A stretch of DNA of 64,000 nucleotides from positions 108,688,001 through 108,752,000 of the forward strand of contig NC_087436.1 of NCBI RefSeq assembly GCF_036321535.1, given 5' to 3'. This document shows positions 13,936 to 24,910 of the stretch, piece by piece. The position numbers and the translations under genes are program-made. This stretch comes from Camelus dromedarius. Lineage: Eukaryota. The notes below the pieces were generated by a model. The model ran no database searches, was not told where the DNA came from, and worked only from the letters and a program-made list of their open reading frames with translations. Each line of letters begins with the position of its first letter. Position 1 is the first letter of the stretch.

Positions 13936-14921
13936 AAAATTAAGTGAATAAACAAACAAATAAGAAGGAGTTAGAAGTGTTCTCAGAAAAGGAAGTATTC
14001 TCAGAGTTGTACACAACTCTACACAACAAAACCTGGTCAAGATAATCATTCAGTGTCTCCTGAGATTTGGAATGGATTTAGGTCTAAATCAGTTGGGCTT
14101 GCTTTCCCAAAGTGCTGCCGTGGGACAGGAAAGGAGCCAATGCAGCTGAGAGCACAGGAGTCAATCTATAGGAATCTTGTGCCTAAGAACTGAACCGAGC
14201 TGACGAAGTGATAAATCTAAGGCAGCAGAGTCCTTCCCCAGGTGAAAGAGAAGGCAGCTTAGGGCCAAGAAACAGACACTGAGCGCGGGGCCCGAGGCCC
14301 AGCTATGGCCAGTGCAGTACCCACGGAGATGCAATTTGTCACACTTTTAAAACCACCTGCTTTCCAAGGTCATTTGAAGCTTACAACTGAGAAAGTGGGG
14401 CCAAAAGGATGTTCTGCATGTCTAGGTACAGAGACCCCCGAGACCAGTGGACGAGGGAGGTGGGACTAATTTAGGCAGGAATAACCCTTTGCTCATCCCT
14501 TTCCCATAGCCTCATTTACTTCTGTTTCAGATCCCACCTCCCTGGATGTCTCTGAGAATCTAGCAAACAGAAAACAGGCCACGTTCAGCTTCTGAATCTC
14601 TCATGGTGGCTGGCATAGAGGATTGCTCATCTTTCCTCACTCTCATTTCTCCCTCCCCCTTTTCTTCCTCTCTTCTCTCTCCCCTTTAACTTTCCCCCTT
14701 CCCCCCCCCTCCAATCCTGAGCCCCTTCCCTTACCTCATTTCTCTTTTCCTTGCTTCCAGGAAAGAACTTGATAGTAAGCATTTATACTTCAGTATGAAA
14801 TTAAGGCCACAACACATCTTTATGGATACTATTTGCTTTTTAAATCTTACTTCTCTTTGTTTAATGGGGCTACAATGAGAACAAAACAAAAATAGTGGTG
14901 TTTACATATACCTCCCCAGGG

Positions 14922-14993
14922 GTATAAAAGCACTGGCTTTAAAGTGAAAATTCCTGTGGTTAAATCCCAACTCCCTGACTTCTAGCATGTTAT
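14922..14993 (+). mobile_element. MIR, 5' part (continues at 15529-15546 and from 20260 to about 20370)
   Basis: 'aaaagcactggctttaaagtgaaaattcctgtggttaaatcccaactccctgacttctagc' + 'atcttgtgcaagttac' + 'ttaagc...tgtttaaaatggtgttaaccatattacctatcctatcaggatattgtgatgatt' reassemble into one collinear MIR. Confidence 0.75.
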
Positions 14994-15528
14994 TGTTAGG
15001 GAGGAAAATCTTTTTCTCTACCATCTTATGTTTAGTAACTGAAGGCCTTCAAATTATACTGACAAAGGACAGATTAACAGAAATAAGGCATTCAATTTTT
15101 ATTAATATTTATGTGCATATACATTCAGAGAAAAGAAGCAAAACTCAAAAGAAGCAGCTAGATTCTGGGGCTTAGGTACCATTTTAGCAAAAGAAAGGGA
15201 GTTGGGGCTTTAAGGGATGATAAATTGTTGGGAAGTATATGAGGGGCATTAATAGAGGATAAGATTTCTATGCAGTTAGGTTTGTTTATGCAGACTGATC
15301 ACGGTGATGACTTTCTGTCTCCCATGATAAGAGTTGCTCTCTGATTCTTGGCGCAGAAGAGTGAGAGGGCAGCTTCACAAAATAAAATGCATGTATGCCC
15401 TGCCTTTAGGTAGGTAACAGGAGGGCAGAGAACTTTTCTTGCTCTGCTGACTCTCAGTTACCTTCAGCTCAACATAATCCTTATGCCAAAGTGGCATATT
15501 TTTAAGTGGCATATTCTGATCCCTTTCA
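14994..15528 (-). mobile_element. ERV1-class solo LTR (MER34/MER39-like)
   Basis: TG...CA termini and near-TSD TTAT/TAAT. The minus-strand start 'tgaaagggatcagaatatgccac...aatatgccactttggcataaggattatgttgagctgaagg' resembles MER34-group LTRs. Confidence 0.8.
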
Positions 15529-15546
15529 TAATCTTGTGCAAGTTAC

Positions 15547-16065
15547 TGTTAATGAAAAATCAATAAATGGTCTATAGCAAAGAATAAGAAAGAGTTTTAT
15601 TCAAGCCAAGCTGAAGACGATCGCCCAGGAGACAGCCTCTCAGATAGCACTGAGAAACTGCTCCACTGAGGCGTGGTTTTCAGCATAGTGTTGTACAAAG
15701 AAGGTACATCAAGTATAGCAGGCAGGACATTCTTTCCAAATTCCGGGGAAGAAGTGTAGTTACGGATTAGCATATGCACAGCAGTTCAGCATGACCCTGG
15801 CATCTGGAAAGGGGATATGGACTATTAATGTTGAGGTCACCAGAAGAGAGGCAATGATCTGTATCTTCATTGTGAGCCTTCTTTATCAGAGGATAATGCA
15901 TTCTTTTTTTAACAAGTGAAGCAAATATACAATGTATGCTTGATAGGCCATAAATCAGGCCCTCTAAGTTCACATAGTTCAAATAAAGTTCAAGCTGAAT
16001 CATGTAAAACCAAAATGACTTTCTTTATACCTAGGTAAGTGAAAATTTGAAAAATTTCTCCATCA
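15547..16065 (-). repeat. 3' LTR of the provirus
   Basis: 519 bp, TG...CA ends, AATAAA on the minus strand at 15596-15601. Homologous to 19741-20259. Confidence 0.93.
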
Positions 16066-16077
16066 TTTCCCCCTTTT
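16066..16077 (-). other. Polypurine tract
   Basis: Minus strand AAAAGGGGGAAA immediately precedes the 3' LTR. Confidence 0.9.
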
Positions 16078-16439
16078 GATAGCAAAATTTTAGATAGAAA
16101 GTATTAATGATCAAAATTTTGTCCTTTGATGCCAGTGGGTCCATCATGTCCATGGATATGAAGCCTCTTTTATCTCTGGATTTGCATAGTCATCTATGTT
16201 GGGGGTTAATTATATACAGTGAACAGGATTAAAGGTATGTGCTGACAGGGAAACATCTTATAGATGCTACATTTTATCAACTACGTCAGATTATCTCACA
16301 GACATCGTATGTGTGATTTTTAAGAATAATTTTAAAGGAATATTAATACATGTTACATGAATGATAATTATTTATGTAGAGTTATATATATGATCAAGAT
16401 ATGTGGTCATCATTAATTTTTTCTGAGGCTTGGTTACAC

Positions 16440-17750
16440 AGTAGGTAATTATCCAAGAAACAACAATCCTATAAAACAGACAGGCTATAAATAATATAGT
16501 TAATAACATTAATAAAGTTATAAGTAGAGATTTAAGTCATGAGCTTCTAAAACCAAACTGGTTTTTTTAAAAGTTCACCAAGACTGGAAAGTGGTTCACC
16601 TAAGGCAGAAGTCTGATTTTTCATGTAGGTCATTAAATGTGTTATATTAGAGGAGGCATCTGGTAGAAAACAGCAGAAAAACACAGCACTCAGTTTGAAT
16701 TACGGTACAGGTGACTTCTTGGGACACTGTAGGGATGTCAAGAGCCATGTGGTGTCATTATACTGCTTTTCTGATCATGGATATCTCAAGAATTTAGTAG
16801 GCCAATGGCCTGATTACCATTGTTCAAGGCTTGTTGAATGAATTTTATTAGGGCCTTGATGTGAGTGTTTATGTCTTCCAATCCTGTGAAAGGCACAAAA
16901 GTAGCTGCCAAATGGTCATGCCAATGGAATGTCAATTTTTTTCTTTTTTTTTGTCCACTGGGCATGCATTAAGGGTAAATATGCTGGAGTTACATCTAAA
17001 TTGGTATGCATGTTCCCTTAAACGGAAGGAAATCCTAGGATACATCTTCCTATGCATCCTGGCAGAAGCCAGGGCCACAGATTGGCACCACAGAGTCACC
17101 GAGTTCCATTAGGTGAAACGTAGTATATTCCTGGTTGTGTAACCCAATCTGACCCAAACCAATCACTGTCTTTAAGGGAAGTGATATTGTTAGCATTTTT
17201 GTGAGGCACACAGCTTAATATTCTAGTGTCATTAGGCTGATTATCCTTAGTATGATTTAGTTGTTCCCAACATAGGGAAGCTCTTAAAATTAAACAGTGA
17301 TAGCCTGGTGTTAGCCATATAAATCCATCCCAAAGCTGAGAGAGGATCCCTCCTAATAACTGGGAAGTTATGTTCTTTGACCAAACTTTAGCTCATTGTT
17401 CAGACTAAGCTTGGGTAACATTAAGAGAGAATTCATATTTATCGCCAAAGTCAGAACAATTATGACTGATTGACCACATGAGAAAATCCCATCTAGTAAT
17501 AGCAATAGTAGCCTGAACAGAATTATAACTTCTTTCTTCTAAGGTAAGTTTTCTAAGGGCCATCCAATCAGAGACTTGGAGACGAAAAATCCACCAAGTA
17601 AGCTAGAAGTGCTGTACATCAGTAATTGAGTACAAACCTAACAACTCAGTTGGTTCTTAAAATCAGCGTAAGACTGTACCTATGATAGAAAAAACATTTA
17701 ATTCATGGGCAAAATCCTCCCCAAATAAGAAACTATTATAATTAAGCATA
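16440..17750 (-). pseudogene. env: Degraded gamma-type env
   Basis: Minus-strand translation gives SU 'FLS*VQSYADFKNQLSC*VCTQL' (CWVC motif, 17632-17643). It also gives TM 'EISMIRKAV**HHMALDIPTVSQEVTCTVIQTECCVF' (immunosuppressive domain plus CX6CC, about 16680-16787). Multiple stops and frameshifts. Confidence 0.88.
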
Positions 17751-17884
17751 TGGGTCGGGTCTGGCATCTTAGGTTAGCTGTGTGCCTCTGCTGTTGTCTT
17801 CTTCTCATCCTGGTTTGTGGATACCTGTCTTGGTCAGTTGAATACATGTATCAGAAACCAATGCCAGAGTCCAATCAGGTGGAG

Positions 17885-19051
17885 GAACCTTTTTTAAATG
17901 AGACATGTGAATCCATGAATGGATGCCTTTCAGTTTGCCTGTGCATGGACTAATTAATAATACCCGATAAGGTCCTTTCTATTGTGGCTGCAAATAATCT
18001 TTTATCTGATGGGTTTTTTTTTTTCCAGTAAACAAAATCTCCAGGTTATAATCCACAGTCCTTAAGGCTTCTGTCTCCTGAGAACTCACTAAAACTAGAG
18101 TTAGCTACCAATTTTTTTTATTTCTTTTAAGTGCCTTAATGAGACCCTGAAAATAATGTAGTATGTCTCCCTTGAAACAGGTATGGGTGAAGATTTCCAA
18201 AATATTGTTTTCTCATAAAACCATTTTTTTCAGATGCCAAATGAGTTAAAGGATGTATGTGTTGGAGTAACAGCAATTGTTCTCCAACAGACACCATAAG
18301 CTTTTTATCAAGTCCAAATTATATTTGTGTGATGAGGCAAAAAATTCCCCCTTTTTGTTGCCACATATTTTTCTCTTCTTTAATGGCAATTTCTTGAGCC
18401 TGTAGAAGGAAATCTTTTACTGGGTTAGCAAGGTTAACAGAGACATTCTCTAGGCTGGACAGGATGAGTATTTAAAGCTGCCTGTTAGGCTGCAGCATCA
18501 CCAAACTAATTTCCTTTAGCTTCCAGAGTGTCAGATTTGGAATGCCCTGGTGTTTTAGTAATTGCTAACTGTTTCAGCAGTGATAACAATTAACAACCTT
18601 GGCAATCTGTTTTCCATTTTTAGGTTTTCTTGAAGAGGTTAAAAATCTCATTGTTTCCATAGCATTCCAAAGTCATGTACCACTCCAAAAGGATAATGAT
18701 TGCCAGTATAAACATTCACTATCTGGTCTTCAGCTAGTTTACAAGCTTGGGTTAAGATAAGATAATTAATTCAGCTTGTTGTGCTGACTTTGTTTCTGGT
18801 AAATAAAAGCCTTTGATTATATTCACTGTGGACATTATCACATTTCCAGCTCGGTAATGTCCCTGGTCATCCTTTAAGTAGGACCCATCTATAAATAAAA
18901 CTAGTTCAGCATTATCAATAGGAACTTCTTGTAAATTATTCCTAGAAGAAAGAAAATAAACTGTTAATAAAAATACAGTCCTGGTTGTTTTCTTCCTGTG
19001 GTACTGGAAGCAAACTGAGTAAAGGGCATAAGCAGTTAAAGGAGACCGCAT
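17885..19051 (-). pseudogene. pol: Degraded pol remnant (RNase H and partial integrase)
   Basis: ORF 18752-19051 contains 'LFIDGSY...SAQQAELIIL' (RNase H), followed in a shifted frame by 'VYTGNHYPFGVVHDFGMLWKQ'. The integrase C-terminal GPY/F motif 'LQPQ*KGPYRVLLISPCTGKLKGIHSWIHMSHLK' lies at about 17890-18000. Confidence 0.9.
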
Positions 19052-19717
19052 TACTATTTCTTCAGTAGCTTTACATGAGAGCCACTGCTGAAACAGTCCT
19101 CATACATGGTGGAAATCTTTTGCTACCTAGTCTAATTTAGTTTTGGAACATAAAAGCAAGTCATCTATAAGCATTTTATAGAGTAAGACAATGACTATAA
19201 ATTACAAAATCTTAAAATGCATGGTTAAAGACCTGCCTACAATGCAGTTATTTAGGAAATCTGGCTATTTCTGTGACATACACCATTTTAATATAATAAC
19301 TAGAATTATGACTGATAACATACCAAGACATTTCAAATTTTAGGAACTTTATATAATTTATAGAACATTTATATTAATAACATTCATCCATATAGTATAA
19401 CCTAAGAAGATGCATCACCACTCATTTGACAATGTTTCCCATATAATGTAACCTTCCAAATAAGCCTAATTAGTTTAATATCTCTCTTTGAGTTGTGTAG
19501 CGGCCCTCTGAAGCATCCCAAAGTTAGCTAGAGGTCAAAAGAACTTCATTTAGAATGTGATTTGCAGAATTTTGTCAAAGATATCAAAGCAATGAGGTCT
19601 GGATATCAGAAGAATTCACCAAAGCACAAGGAGAAATCTGAGAAGCCAGGAGCCTGTGTTGGTACCACGTGCTAGTCCAAAGTAGATTCCAGGTGACCTC
19701 AGGTGGATTTCTCTGAC

Positions 19718-19735
19718 ATCCTGTCTACTCTGCCA
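19718..19735 (-). other. Candidate primer-binding site
   Basis: TGGCAGAGTAGACAGGAT begins 5 nt after the 5' LTR. It starts with TGG, but I cannot assign a tRNA. Confidence 0.45.
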
Positions 19736-19740
19736 AGCAG

Positions 19741-20259
19741 TGTTGATGGAAACTCAATAACCAGTTTATAGCTAAGATTAAGAAAGTTTTATTCAAGCCA
19801 AGCTGAAGACTGTAGCACAGGAGACAGCCTCAGCACTCTGAGAAATTGCTCCATTGAAGCATGGTTTTTAGCAGTCTTACACCTGGCTAGAACAAAGAAC
19901 ACACATCAAGCATGGAAGGGGTTATTCTTCCAAAAATTCAACGGAGAGGTTCAGTTACAGATTAGCAATACATAATGGGGCAGAATGATCCTGGTGTCTG
20001 GGAAGGGGACAAGAAGCATTAATATTGGCATCGCAGGAAGAGAAGCAATGATCTGTATCTTCAACGTGAGCATTCTTTACCTTGGGGTTTGACTATCTTT
20101 CCTTTAATGAGTAAAGCAGATGTACAGTGTATGTCTGATAGGCCATAAATCAGGCCCTGCAAACTCACATGGCTCACATAAAGTTCAGGCTGAACCACAT
20201 AAAACCAAAATGGCTTCTCCTGTACTCAGTATGTGAAAATTTGAAAATTTTCTCCACCG
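19741..20259 (-). repeat. 5' LTR of the provirus
   Basis: 519 bp, homologous to 15547-16065. The outer terminus reads CG instead of TG on the minus strand. Flanked by TTAC. Confidence 0.93.
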
Positions 20260-22094
20260 TTACTTAAGCTTTTGCATTTCGATGTCCTGTTTAAAATGGT
20301 GTTAACCATATTACCTATCCTATCAGGATATTGTGATGATTTGATGACATAGTTTATGTAATACACATATAACAAGGATTCAAAATTATTTTGGTCCTAA
20401 TTATAAGATGATAAAGAAAGGGTCATCATTATATCATCCTTGATAATCACTGCCCTAAAGCCAGCTCATGGTAGTGGTATGTGGCAGACACCTTCTAGAG
20501 AGAGAGCACATGGAAAGGATTGTGACATCAAAGATGAAGTTGTATGTCCTATTAAACTGGGGAACCCAGGAACCCACTCAGTGTAAGTCAGAAAGGCCAG
20601 GAAAAGGAAATTAGAGCAGGCAATAAAAATCGTAAATCACAAGGAAAGATTGTATTCTTATGAAAATTTTCTAGTTGCATTTCCAAATAATCTGTCAATT
20701 TGCTTATATGAAGATTATATACTCCACGTGCTTTGATCATAAGACACGTGAGACCTCTCATCAAGACATTGGTGCAATGTTGCTGGAAGTTTCTTAAAGT
20801 GGAAGGTACTCCCTTACCACTATCTTATGGATTCAATGGGGCACTCAACCCAGAAGGCTGGATGTTTAATTGTTTAATGGACAACTGTATACATATTTTA
20901 AAGAAATGCATGCCAGGTGCACTTACTAACCTTTCAGAATGAGCCCCACGGCTAAGTGAAATAGCTTGAATCCTGACATGTTTGAGAGGAAAGTTTGTCT
21001 GGAGAACATACAGGGATATTTCCAAGTAATTGAGGAGCCCAAGATGGAGGTATGTGGTACACTTTGGTTGGAGATGAAGGTTGGGGGTAGAAAAGAGGGC
21101 ACCAGAGGTGAGTAGCTTTCATCATTTTGGTGAGAAAGAGTTAAGTCAGTTAATATACATATAAAAATTTTAGAGTAGTGCCTGACATAAGTTCTCCGTA
21201 AATGCTACCGGCTATTATTGTGGAGTAAATCAGATATAAATTCTGATTGTGCCCCTTGTTGAATGGGACTTTGTGGAAATAATGTAATCTCAAAAGCCCT
21301 TGGTTTTTATTTTTCTTTAAACAAGGAATAGCAGCATCCAAGTCTGGTTTGCGGTAAGTTTAAATGAATTTGTACATGTAAAGCACATAGCATGGTGCCT
21401 GGCTTAGAGTGAGCAGGAGTGAAGGGGTAGCTTATACCTTTGATATTTCTTTCCTTTTGCTGGACACCCCTTAACATGTAAAGAAGGGGGTGAGCCTGGG
21501 AATGAGGAGAAAATCAGAGCATATTTTAATTTAACAAACTGGGTTGGGGCTAGCGAATGACTGCAAAAAATGATAGAGCCTAAACAGAAAGTTTTTTTAA
21601 AAAAAATAATATTCAGCCAATTATTCTTTCCCAAAACGCCCCTAGGAAAACACTCTTGTCCAGGTGTTCCCCATTCCCCTAGACTTCTCAGATGAAGTAT
21701 GAATTTCTTTGATGGTGTTATTACCTTACAAAATCCTACTCTGGGGTCTGCACATGAGAGAGCCCATGTTGTTCTTTGAGAGCTGGAAGATCTTATAGCA
21801 GGAGCCACCAGGAGGAGCTCAGAAAACCAAGTGGTAAAGGTAGCTAATGTAGACAGGAAAGGGCTCGTCTCAGGACTCTTCAGCTGGTGGATCCTACACT
21901 GAGAATCCCATTGTTCTGCCTGGAATCAATAAAATCATATCCTTGGGTCTTTATGTGATTTTCAAGGATGGTCGGGATTTCTTTCCTGGAAAATGGGATG
22001 TGGCAATTTTAAAATACTTTGCCTTAACTCTATAAATCAGAAGTTCAGTTTACAAATATTTGCTGAAATCTGCTGAGAAGCATAAAGGGAGAAG

Positions 22095-22240
22095 AATAAA
22101 TCTGGGAGTCAGACAAAGGGATGTTTGAAATCTGGATCTATTTATTACTTTCTCACTGCATGACCTTGGCCAGGTCACTTAACCTCTCTGTACCATAGTT
22201 GTTTTCAATAATATGGTATTGTGTAGGATTAAAAAAAGAC
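22095..22240 (+). mobile_element. MIR SINE
   Basis: 'tctgggagtcagac...tgcatgaccttggccaggtcacttaacctctctgtacc'. Confidence 0.75.
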
Positions 22241-23229
22241 AGTCACAGTAGACCTGACCTAATTCATTTCTGTAACTTTTTTTTTTTAACTTTTGACTTC
22301 CTATAGTTATATGTTGATGGGGATTTCAGAGAATGGTTACTTGAAACATTTATTTCCCCATGAACTACTGAGAACTGCTTCCTCATCGTTGGCTAGGTAA
22401 CACAGCTGAAAACAACATGTTTAGATGGATAGATGCATGGGCAGATTGATAGAAAGATGTTTCCCATAAACATATTATCCAAAATGAAAAGCACCATTTT
22501 AAGAGCCAACTTGATGACCTAAGTATATTCCTGGTGTCCAGAGGAGAAAAATAGCCCTGTGGGCTTGGGTATTAAGGAAATCTTCATGGGGAGAAGACTG
22601 GAATGAGATCTGGGAGCAGGGAGGAGTAGCAGGACTAGAGAAGAGCAAAGTCACATCATCCTTCTAGACTCAGCAGAGCCTCTGTCATGATCCCAAAACT
22701 ACCCTGTGCCGAGCAGGGCAACACCCGGGACTGGGCTCGGCCCTCCACAATCTCAGTTACCTCTCACATCTACCGTGAGAAGAAGGCAGCTGCATTCTCA
22801 TCTTGAGTTTAGAAAAATGAGAATCAGAGATGGAGTGGTTTCCCTAGCTCACAAAACAAGCAATTGACAGAACCAGGACTTACCCCAAGTCTACCTGCCC
22901 TGAAACCTGTGTATGACATAGTAGTCCTACTGACAATGCCAGCTACCATTACTGATGGTCACCTCTATGAGGTCTCCTTCCCGTTGCCACCACCCACCTT
23001 TCCCCAGGTGGAGCTGACTTTCCCTTCTTGTGCTTCCACTGTACCCTCAAAGACATCTACTCAAGTGCTGGTGCATTTATTGGTCACATTCGAATTCATG
23101 CCTGCCTCCTTTATTAACCTATAACTCCCTAAAGGATAGGTTTGAACACTATTTCCCATTTTATCATAATAAATGTTAGAGGATAACTGAATGAAAGAAT
23201 GAATTTTCAATGCCTACCAAGCACTGTGG

Positions 23230-23395
23230 CAGCAGCTTTGACAAATTGACCTCTTTGTGCTTCAGTTTCCTCTCTTGTAAAATGAAGATGACCATAATTC
23301 CTATCACACAGAGCTGTGGGAGTAAGTTAATTGTTGATAAATCACTCTAACATTGATGAGCACTTGGTAAGTGCTCAGAAAATGTTAACTATTGT
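23230..23395 (+). mobile_element. MIR SINE
   Basis: 'acctctttgtgcttcagtttcctctcttgtaaaatgaagatg...ggtaagtgctcagaaaatgttaactatt'. Confidence 0.75.
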
Positions 23396-23869
23396 GACAA
23401 CCACTCTTAGTTCCCAGAATTCCCTTCAGATGGAGACCTTTAATTAAAGCATTGAAGCATAATCACAATTTCACAAAGGAAGAACTGTTTTCAGAACGGT
23501 TAACTGTCTCTCAAAAAAGAAAAACAAAGAAAAATAGCACAGCAAGGAAGTAGCAGAACCAGGAAGTACCCAGTGGGGTCTCAGACATTACTCGTAAGCC
23601 CTTATGTTTTTTAGTGAATTCCAGAGACTAAAAATCCCTTTGCATACAGGGTCCTAGTTGATGGTTTTCAGTGCCACTCTTGGGTTGGGCTTCAGCACAG
23701 CAGAGACAACTGGCAGAGTAATTAAGCCAGCGTGATCCTGGCATAGCCCAGAATCCGTGACCGTTCCAGCAAGGCGGCCCAGGCTGCTCCATTTGGTTCT
23801 GAACTGAACGCCCCCTGCGATCTTTCAGAACAGCGCCATCCATGCTTTCCTGATAAGAACCTTCTAGTT

Positions 23870-23975
23870 TAAGAATAAAAACTCCAGAACCTCTGAATCA
23901 GACTGTCCACAAAAGAGTGTTTTTAACAGGCACCCCGGGTGATTTTTATCATCAGGGAAGTTTGTGAAACTTTGT
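23870..23975. mobile_element. MER5-type fragment
   Basis: 'tctgaatcagact...tgtttttaacaggcaccccgggtgattttt...aagtttgtgaaac'. Confidence 0.55.
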
Positions 23976-24284
23976 TTTGAGACAGGCTGAAGCAAGAATT
24001 TAAGGGTATTAGTACCGCTCACCCTGCAGGGGGCAGTTACTGAACAGCAATGTTCTTACAAGGACTGGCTCTGCCCCACCCTCCTTCCATGTTTGTAAAT
24101 ATAAGGACTAAATCAATCTCCCTAATAATGCTCTCAATCATGTACCAGTGGGGACCAGAACAGCCCCAGTGGAGCGGCAGGTGGGCGATGGCTTGGATGC
24201 TCCCGCTTGAAAAAGCCATTGCATCACGGATATTTTGCTTCTGCACTTTTCTCCCTAGAAAAGCTGCCTATGGGCTTCCACAGA

Positions 24285-24910
24285 GGCGTTTTTAAAGGCG
24301 CGATAGGCACCAGCCACCAAAATTGATTTTTCCCTAGCATCCCGAGAGCGAGCAGGTTGAGCTGTTTCGCGGAGCAGGCTCTGGGAGGAGAGAGCGGCTG
24401 CTGTGGCAAAAAGGGGACATTCGCGAGCTTCCCAGGCTTTAAACTAGCCCGCAGACCGCACTGCCGAGCCCGGGGTTGCGTTGTCAGCGCGCCGAGCGCC
24501 GCTGTGCTCTCCAGGGCAAGTTTCCTGGGAGTGTCCCTTCTCTCCACGGACACAGCAAAGTCTCCAGTTCTCCAACAGATGTTTCCCCCGCAGCTCTAAG
24601 TCCGAGTACTCGCTGGCTGCAGCGCAGAGTGCCGAGGTCGGCGCGCTGCGGTTGAGGGACCCCCACCGGGCAAATGGCAGCATCAGTATGAGAGCCTGGA
24701 CTTCAGCCCGGGTCGGTCCTCGCCCCGGGGAGCCACTGCTTTGCCCGGTACATCTTCGAGGAGCTGCTCACTTTTCCCCCTCGCGAGTCTTTGTTCCAAG
24801 CCAGATATTGCTCGGATTCTAATTAACTCCCTCCACTCCGAAGGGGTTCGGAGGCTGGGATGCGCTACCAGCCTGAAGGATGTTGACTCTCGAGTGGGAG
24901 TCGGAAGGAC
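24285..24910 (+). promoter_or_regulatory. KCNIP4: CpG-island promoter and 5' UTR of the distal KCNIP4 first exon
   Basis: The only strongly GC- and CpG-rich stretch in the window, directly upstream of the coding exon. The exact transcription start cannot be determined from sequence. Confidence 0.85.

Larger units (their letters stand above)
15547..20259 (-). mobile_element. Internally deleted class I (ERV1/MER4-group-like) endogenous provirus
   Basis: Two homologous LTRs, 4-bp TSD TTAC (15543-15546 and 20260-20263), PPT, and pol and env remnants in the correct order on the minus strand. Confidence 0.93.

Noticed and set aside
17750..17953. Hydrophobic plus-strand ORF (MGRVWHLRLAVCLCCCLLLILV...)
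   Set aside because: Antisense to the ERV pol/env junction, with no independent support.
24224..24822. Several overlapping 60-113 aa ORFs on both strands in the CpG island
   Set aside because: Expected from stop-codon scarcity in GC-rich DNA; no recognisable protein.
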